Part shown: positions 57,893 to 64,000 of the stretch, one piece after another
How positions within the stretch are numbered: position 1 is the first letter of the stretch
Layout: every line of letters starts with the position of its first letter
DNA from: Bacteriovoracaceae bacterium
Lineage (GTDB): Bacteria > Bdellovibrionota > Bacteriovoracia > Bacteriovoracales > Bacteriovoracaceae
DNA length: 64,000 bases
Assembly: GCA_048270185.1 (NCBI GenBank)
Contig: JBLWTJ010000003.1
Span: 64,001-128,000, forward strand
Reading direction: 5' to 3'
Notes under the pieces: generated by a model
What the model was told of the DNA's origin: nothing
Databases searched by the model: none
Seen by the model: only the letters and a program-made list of their open reading frames with translations
Made by a program: the position numbers and the translations under genes

Positions 57893-58762
57893 ATGGAAGT
57901 ACAAAAGAAATTAAAATTTATAATGGACCCACCTGGTAAGCATTGGGTCGGGGATGGATTTCATGTTCATACGATGTTTCATCCGGGTCATGATATCTAT
58001 TACTATACAACACCATTTATCATGATGGATTTTGCTGCTCCAAAACACTTTGGGCCAAGTCCTAACCGAAGAGGGGTTGGAGAACATCCCCATCGTGGCT
58101 TTGAAACGGTAACCTTTGCATTTGCGGGCGAAATTGAACACCGTGATTCGGCCGGTGGTGGTGGAGTTATTGGTAAAGGTGATGTGCAGTGGATGACAGC
58201 AGCAAGTGGAGTCGTTCATGAAGAATTATTCTCTGAGAAGTTCTCACGTGAAGGTGGAGAGTTTGAGATGGTTCAACTTTGGGTAAACCTTCCAAAGAAA
58301 GATAAAATGACTTCGCCTCGTTATCAAGGAGTGAAGGGAGAAACATTTCCTGTGATCAAGCCTTCTGATGGTGTTGAGTTAAAACTAGTGGCCGGAGAGT
58401 TTCTTGGAGAGATAGGTCCTTGTAAAACTTTTTCGCCAATAAATTTAATTCAAGCAAGAATGGATAGTGACTCTAAGCTTATTTTAAATTTTAAAAATAA
58501 AACTAATTTAATTATTCTCGTAAGAAAGGGGAATGTTGAATTAAATGGTAATTCAGTTAACGAACATTCTCTTGCAATCTTTGAAAGAGATGGCCAAGAG
58601 GTCAGTCTTTCAAGTAGTGTAGGCTCAGAGTTATTAATATTAAATGCAGAGCCAATTGATGAAGAGATCTATTCTCATGGGCCTTTTGTGATGAGTTCAA
58701 AAGAAGAAATCATCCAAGCATTTGAAGATTACCAATCAGGTAAAATGGGACACCTTAGTTAG
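57893..58762 (+). CDS. Pirin family protein; start 57893
   Basis: GVGEHPHRGFETVT, HRDS, VQWMTAASGVVHEE, GPFVM. Confidence 0.93.
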   Translation: MEVQKKLKFIMDPPGKHWVGDGFHVHTMFHPGHDIYYYTTPFIMMDFAAPKHFGPSPNRRGVGEHPHRGFETVTFAFAGEIEHRDSAGGGGVIGKGDVQWMTAASGVVHEELFSEKFSREGGEFEMVQLWVNLPKKDKMTSPRYQGVKGETFPVIKPSDGVELKLVAGEFLGEIGPCKTFSPINLIQARMDSDSKLILNFKNKTNLIILVRKGNVELNGNSVNEHSLAIFERDGQEVSLSSSVGSELLILNAEPIDEEIYSHGPFVMSSKEEIIQAFEDYQSGKMGHLS

Positions 58763-59964
58763 TGGAAGCAGTCGTAAAAGAAATAAAAAAGAATATCGGA
58801 CAAAAAGAATTTATCGCTCTTATGGCAGCATTAATGTCTTTTGCAGCATTATCAATTGATTCAATGCTACCAGCATTAAATATCATTGGCTCAAGTCTTG
58901 GAGTGACAAACCCAAATGATAATCAGTTAATCATTGCCATTCTCTTTCTTGGGATGGGAGTTGGACAGCTTCTTTTTGGGCCGGTCTCTGATGCTTATGG
59001 AAGAAAGCTTGCCATGTACATTGGTATCATTACTTTCTTTATCGGTGGAGTTGCATCTTACTATGCACAGACTTTTGATATGATGCTATTTGGTCGCTTT
59101 ATTCAAGGTGTTGGTGCGGCCAGCGCAAAAATTATTTCAACGGCCATGGTACGTGATCGATTTAGTGGAAATCAAATGGCAAAGACAATGTCTTTAATTA
59201 TGATTATCTTTGTTTTAGTTCCAGCTTTTGCCCCAACTATTGGACAAGTTATTTTATCATTTGGAAATTGGCGTGATATTTTCTTGTCGATGCTTGCTCT
59301 GTCTGTAATTTGTCTTGCATGGTTTTATTTTAGACAAGAAGAGACTCTTGACTTAGATAATCGTCGTCCACTTTCATTTGAGAAAATTAAGGCCGCTTCA
59401 ATTGAAGCCTTAACTCACCCTAAAACTCTTGGTTATACAATTGCCTCAGGACTTGTTTTCGGTGCCTTTATTGGTTACTTAACTTCTTCGCAACAAATTA
59501 TTCAAATTAAATACGGGCTAGGAGATAAGTTTCCAATTGCTTTTGGTGTCTGTGCAATTGCTATTGGCTTTTCTTCATTCTTAAACTCAAGGCTGGTTGA
59601 ACAATTTGGTATGAGAAGACTTTGTCTTATTGCTCTTAGTGGAATAACTTTTATGGCCATTATTTTTAGTGTCATAACTTTCTATACGAATGGCCTACCA
59701 CCGTTCTACATATTCTACAGCTATCTCATTTTGACTCTCTTTAGCTTTGGCCTTCTCTTTGGTAATTTTGGAGCACTAGCACTCGAGCCGATGGGGCATA
59801 TTGCAGGAACTGCAAACTCTGTTTTTAGCTCTGTGCAGATTCTTATTTCTGCGGCCATAGGAGGAGCTATTGGACAGTCTTATAATGGAACTGTAACACC
59901 AATGGCCATAGGGTTTCTGACTTGCAGCGTTTTATCCCTTATCATTACTCTTAGGACGAAATAA
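58762..59964 (+). CDS. Bcr/CflA-family MFS efflux transporter
   Basis: SIDSMLPAL, GQLLFGPVSDAYGRK, GRFIQG, VRDRF, APTIG. Confidence 0.9.
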   Translation: MEAVVKEIKKNIGQKEFIALMAALMSFAALSIDSMLPALNIIGSSLGVTNPNDNQLIIAILFLGMGVGQLLFGPVSDAYGRKLAMYIGIITFFIGGVASYYAQTFDMMLFGRFIQGVGAASAKIISTAMVRDRFSGNQMAKTMSLIMIIFVLVPAFAPTIGQVILSFGNWRDIFLSMLALSVICLAWFYFRQEETLDLDNRRPLSFEKIKAASIEALTHPKTLGYTIASGLVFGAFIGYLTSSQQIIQIKYGLGDKFPIAFGVCAIAIGFSSFLNSRLVEQFGMRRLCLIALSGITFMAIIFSVITFYTNGLPPFYIFYSYLILTLFSFGLLFGNFGALALEPMGHIAGTANSVFSSVQILISAAIGGAIGQSYNGTVTPMAIGFLTCSVLSLIITLRTK

Positions 59965-60000
59965 ATAGACGAAATCATTTAATTTTGTTTTCATTAATAA

Positions 60001-60774
60001 ATGTTTAAGGCTTTATTTCTCGCGCTAATTCTAAGCTTTAGCACCCTTGCTAAGGTTGCACCCTCTAATCACATAAGAGAGGGGAAGTGGGATGTTTCTC
60101 CCATTCAAGTTCGCTATCTATCGACATTCTTTGCCATTGAGTTACTTACCTATGGCCTTTTTTCTCCAGATTTTGTGAAGCAAGATATTGAAGCTGGTGA
60201 TTACGATTTTAACAAAGATGATATCTCAATTCCCACTTGGCTTTATCAATTAGGAAATCATGGACCAGAGATCTTAACGATAGGAATGTATGGTTACTAT
60301 CTTTTCTCAGATGATGAGTATGCCTTCGAAAAATCCTTTGTTTTCACTGAATCCATGCTCATTTCTCAAGGTATAACTTTTGGGACTAAGTATGCTGCCA
60401 ATAAGCAGCGTCCTGATGAGACAAATTTTCAATCATTTCCAAGTGGCCATACGACTCATGCTTTTGCTGTTGGAGCTTGGATGGCCATGGATATCTTTCA
60501 TAGTGAAAAATATCATTCAAATTATTGGATGGCCTCACTTCCTCTAATTTATTCATCATTTATCGGCTGGAGCCGTATTGATGCAAAGAAACACACTTTT
60601 AAAGATGTTTCAGTGGGAGCGATAATTGGTGGAGTAACAAGTTACTTTATGTACAAGCTTCACTTTGATGATAATGGAAAGTATCGTTTTAACTCAAAGA
60701 ATACGATTTCAATAACTCCTTCTATTGATCTAATAAATGAAAATTACTCTTTTAGTCTAGGGGTAGCAATATGA
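60001..60774 (+). CDS. PAP2-family phosphatase
   Basis: KYAANKQRP, SFPSGH, SRIDAKKH..KDV. Confidence 0.85.
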   Translation: MFKALFLALILSFSTLAKVAPSNHIREGKWDVSPIQVRYLSTFFAIELLTYGLFSPDFVKQDIEAGDYDFNKDDISIPTWLYQLGNHGPEILTIGMYGYYLFSDDEYAFEKSFVFTESMLISQGITFGTKYAANKQRPDETNFQSFPSGHTTHAFAVGAWMAMDIFHSEKYHSNYWMASLPLIYSSFIGWSRIDAKKHTFKDVSVGAIIGGVTSYFMYKLHFDDNGKYRFNSKNTISITPSIDLINENYSFSLGVAI

Positions 60775-61712
60775 GATTATTTTCTATTCTTTTTTTCATT
60801 GTCATAACGATTAGTTCCTCGGCAAATCAAGTAACAAATCTCGATTACCTATATCGTTTCCCTAGCAAAGGGGAGAGTGTTTTAAATTTTTCAATTTTCT
60901 CTTCAATTGATGAAATGGAATTTGATGACCGAACGGCCGGAATCGAAGAAATATTTGAAGTCGATCGTAATATTTTAAGCCTAGGCCTTGGTTACCGTTA
61001 TGCAATAAGTGATAAGATTTCAATTGATGCAAGTGTTGAAGGAGAAATTGTCGACTTTGAAACTCACCTTGAAGACGAAAACGATACAGAGACACCTTCA
61101 AAGAGTCCTCGTAAGATCTACAATCCTTCACTTTCATTTCGTTATCGTTTTGTTGATAAGAGTGAAGTCTTCTTCGATGTTGAATTTGCAGCAATTTTCT
61201 CAAATTATAATCGCAAATCTTATCCTATCAACCAAACCGTAAGCCCTTTTGATGGTAAGGATCATTATCGCTTAAGTGGAATTATTGGAATTGATTTTTA
61301 TTATTTTACTCTGATGAATTCGATCGGAGCGATTTACTATGATGGAAGTCTAGAAAATTATAGCTTTGGTAACTCGCAGCTAAATTCAGAAGATAGTCAT
61401 CAAATTCTTTTGTCTTCCATTGTTCAATTTGATTTAAGTCGAAATTTTAAAGCTAATTTTGGTTTCCTCTTTCTTTCGGCCGATGCTTTTAATTTACGAG
61501 GAAGTAATGATAATGTTCGTGTCGATCGTTCGAGTCAAAAGAATATTATTTTAAAGTTTGACTATCTTGCTTTTGAAAAATCCGTAGGAATTTTAAGTAT
61601 AGGTGCCAATCAAAGAATAGATAACTATAATTTATTACCGAATAGTGGTGACCTCTATGTCGCCGACAATACTTATCTGGATATTATTTTTAAAATAGAG
61701 AAGTGGTTTTAG
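60771..61712 (+). CDS. Probable outer-membrane beta-barrel protein
   Basis: Signal peptide; amphipathic strands; C-terminal ...IEKWF. Confidence 0.6.
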   Translation: MRLFSILFFIVITISSSANQVTNLDYLYRFPSKGESVLNFSIFSSIDEMEFDDRTAGIEEIFEVDRNILSLGLGYRYAISDKISIDASVEGEIVDFETHLEDENDTETPSKSPRKIYNPSLSFRYRFVDKSEVFFDVEFAAIFSNYNRKSYPINQTVSPFDGKDHYRLSGIIGIDFYYFTLMNSIGAIYYDGSLENYSFGNSQLNSEDSHQILLSSIVQFDLSRNFKANFGFLFLSADAFNLRGSNDNVRVDRSSQKNIILKFDYLAFEKSVGILSIGANQRIDNYNLLPNSGDLYVADNTYLDIIFKIEKWF

Positions 61713-61713
61713 C

Positions 61714-61959
61714 ATGAAGAGATTAGCTTTACTATTACTTCTATGCTCGTGTGCCAATACTGAGTATGTTATTCAGAGAAAGGCCGGGACTTGTGTGACA
61801 AGTAAAGAATACCCCGAAGTTTATGAAGTTGTTTATCAATGGGGATGGAAAATGAAATTAAAAGAAGCCGGAGTCAAGAATTCTCCAGTTTATCAATATA
61901 CTAATGACAAGAAGTGGATACAGGTCGAATGTCCTGTGATAGGAGTTAAAATTGAATAG
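61714..61959 (+). CDS. Small lipoprotein
   Basis: MKRLALLLLLCSC lipobox. Confidence 0.65.
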   Translation: MKRLALLLLLCSCANTEYVIQRKAGTCVTSKEYPEVYEVVYQWGWKMKLKEAGVKNSPVYQYTNDKKWIQVECPVIGVKIE

Positions 61960-63010
61960 GAAATCAATCGGTATTATTGGGACATTACTTCTAATTGCAA
62001 TCGTCTGTGTTATTGGTTTAGGCAGTGCTTTTATACCTTTGGTTTTAGCATTCTTCTTGGCCTATCTATTCTTTCCTCTTATCCAGAAACTCGAAAAGAA
62101 AGGTCTAAGTCGTAACAAGGCCGTACTTGGTGTCTTCTCACTTCTTACAATTATTCTTACTTTAAGTTTAACTTTCTTAATTCCTGAGATAATCCGAGAT
62201 GCGAAGGGGCTTTTAAAGGAGCTTCCTCAGTTTTCGACAAAGGCCATTATAAAAGTGGAAGAGATATCAAAGAAAGCTGGATTAGAAATTAATATAAGTA
62301 AGTCTGATATAAAGGATTATATTGAGAGTCATATCGCTCAGCTCTCAAAGGCAATTACAAATAAAATTACCCTTGCTTTAAAATCAGCATTTTCAGGTTT
62401 GACTCAGTGGATAGTGGCAATCTTAAATCTTTTTTTAATTCCACTCTTCTTTTTTCATGTCATTAGTGACTATGAAATTATAACTGGCAATATTAAGTCA
62501 CTTATTCCACGTCCTTATCAATCAAAAATAGAGCACTATATGAGCTTAACAAATACTGCTCTTAGCGGATACATAAGGGGACAATTTATTGTGGCCCTCA
62601 TTCTTGCTCTATTATATGCAACAGGGTTATCTCTAATTGGTCTTCGTTTTGGCTTTTCAATTGGAATTTTGTCCGGGCTAATCAGTATTATTCCTTATGC
62701 GGGATTTGCAATAGGCTTTAGTGTTGCCATTGTTGTTGCCCTCGCAAATATGGCCGGGATGGATACGATCTACGGTGTTGTCGCTGTCTATGTCATCGTT
62801 CAGGCCATTGAGGGGACTATTGTGACGCCTAAGTTTGTCGGGGACAAAGTAGGTCTAAGTGCTCTTGCGACTATTTTGGCCCTTATTATAGGGGGGAATA
62901 TCTTTGGTATGTTTGGAATGTTAGTTGCAATTCCTGTCGCAGCTGTATTGAAGGCTATTTTAAGAGACTTAAAGACACAGTATCAACAATTAGACCTTTA
63001 TAAAAACTAG
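61952..63010 (+). CDS. AI-2E family transporter
   Basis: PLVLAFFLAYL..PL, YIRGQ, IPYAG, VQAIEG.IVTPK.VG, GMLVAIP. Confidence 0.9.
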   Translation: MNRKSIGIIGTLLLIAIVCVIGLGSAFIPLVLAFFLAYLFFPLIQKLEKKGLSRNKAVLGVFSLLTIILTLSLTFLIPEIIRDAKGLLKELPQFSTKAIIKVEEISKKAGLEINISKSDIKDYIESHIAQLSKAITNKITLALKSAFSGLTQWIVAILNLFLIPLFFFHVISDYEIITGNIKSLIPRPYQSKIEHYMSLTNTALSGYIRGQFIVALILALLYATGLSLIGLRFGFSIGILSGLISIIPYAGFAIGFSVAIVVALANMAGMDTIYGVVAVYVIVQAIEGTIVTPKFVGDKVGLSALATILALIIGGNIFGMFGMLVAIPVAAVLKAILRDLKTQYQQLDLYKN

Positions 63011-63015
63011 GTATA

Positions 63016-63798
63016 ATGATGCGTTGGAGCTTATTCTTTTTAATACTACTTTTTTTTCAAAGCTGTAGTTATCGTGAAATGATATTAAAGAAAGCGCCGG
63101 ACTTTCTAAGTGATCAAGTTAATGATCATCTAAAACTCAATGATGTCCAAGAAGCTAAGCTAAGACTTAAGGTGACAAATGCATTCTTCTCTCACCGGGA
63201 TGAAGTCGTTGTCATCCGTGATTTGTTAAAGAGTTATCGTATCAAAGAAGACTCACTTGCGGCCTATATCAAGAAGGGGTATACCTCTTACGCAACAATT
63301 CAAATAACTGTTAACAATATTTCAATTAGTGTTCTGTCTGAATTAGACTATTCTCAGAGGCAAGATATTCTTAAGCGCTACCGCGAAGAGACCCCTGTCT
63401 CTGGTGATAAGAAGATTTCATACGAAGAAAGGGGAGTTTCAAGACTAGAGAATTTCTTTGGTAAACTCTCTCTCAAGCAGATTGAATTAATTAAAGACTA
63501 TGCAAAGATCTATGCTAAAAGCGTTCAAGCGGATAATAGATGGTCTAAGAATTATGAAAGAACCTTGAGTTTAAAAGATCAAAAGAAATATAAAGCACAA
63601 CTGAAGAAATACTTTTCGGGTGTGATTTCTTTAAAGACGATACTTGAATCAAATAAAGAATTCTTTACATTCTTTGATCAGTTTAAAGCAACTCTTAACG
63701 CTGATCAGGTAAAGAGATTTGATGATAAAAGAAAAGAAATTCTTAATTGGATTGATCTCTATTTAAAGATCTATCAATTACCTATAATTGATACTTAA
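63016..63798 (+). CDS. Helical lipoprotein of unknown function (DUF6279-like)
   Basis: Lipobox FQSC; repeated L-x2-Q helical pattern. Confidence 0.6.
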   Translation: MMRWSLFFLILLFFQSCSYREMILKKAPDFLSDQVNDHLKLNDVQEAKLRLKVTNAFFSHRDEVVVIRDLLKSYRIKEDSLAAYIKKGYTSYATIQITVNNISISVLSELDYSQRQDILKRYREETPVSGDKKISYEERGVSRLENFFGKLSLKQIELIKDYAKIYAKSVQADNRWSKNYERTLSLKDQKKYKAQLKKYFSGVISLKTILESNKEFFTFFDQFKATLNADQVKRFDDKRKEILNWIDLYLKIYQLPIIDT

Positions 63799-64000
63799 GT
63801 CTTAGTAGAATTGATTGATTACTTAATTCTTTCATGAAGTAGTAGTCAACTATGATGGAAGTTCAAATGATTCCACCACTATAATCGCCAATTTTGATAT
63901 AAAAGAAATCAAGCTCTTGGCTCATTTATTTTACTAAGTCCTACTTTAATTGGCATAACAAAGAGTCCAGCGCCTGCTTGAGTACCGAGCTCAATAATAC

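Noticed and set aside
2385..61242. Many 60-150 aa ORFs in the track that are nested in or antisense to long genes (e.g. 5318..5590, 20505..20873, 22112..22567, 60862..61203)
   Set aside because: They lie within well-supported genes and have no motifs or RBS; treated as shadow ORFs
63909..64000. Possible 3' end of a minus-strand gene (...IIELGTQAGAGLFVMPIKVGLSKINEPRA)
   Set aside because: Only 29 codons are visible; frame and identity cannot be established
1..64000. CRISPR arrays, tRNA/rRNA, IS, integrase, prophage or defence genes
   Set aside because: No spaced repeats, cloverleaf motifs, or transposase, recombinase or phage signatures were seen

Overview
AT-rich bacterial chromosomal window (about 35% GC by eye), densely coding, with no recognisable tRNA, rRNA, CRISPR array or mobile element. 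The gene content suggests a marine or estuarine Bdellovibrionota (Halobacteriovorax/Bacteriovoracaceae-like); this is inference. Metal and osmotic homeostasis dominate: (i) an imelysin/di-haem oxidoreductase iron operon; (ii) a CsoR-controlled copZ-copA-csoR-cusCBA-DUF3347 copper operon with a clear CsoR operator; (iii) an aerobactin-type NIS siderophore cluster (PepSY-TM, MFS, IucA-IucB fusion, IucC, IucD) that ends in a small beta-barrel instead of a TonB-dependent receptor; (iv) a Zn/Mn-type uptake operon headed by a His/CxxC/RAPP leader ORF; (v) betT, proBAC, a putP-like symporter, mscS and an NhaR-like LysR; (vi) dba-dsbI, rlmN and a GST/pirin/MFS block. Best candidates for undescribed biology: both iron loci carry the same promoter palindrome (GTTTGA-N4-TCAAAC) and a paralogous four-Cys secreted protein, suggesting a non-canonical, possibly TonB-independent iron regulon; and a PqqD/RRE gene sits beside a circularly permuted ATP-grasp ligase and an M14 deacylase. 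All homology calls come from reading motifs by eye; no searches were run.
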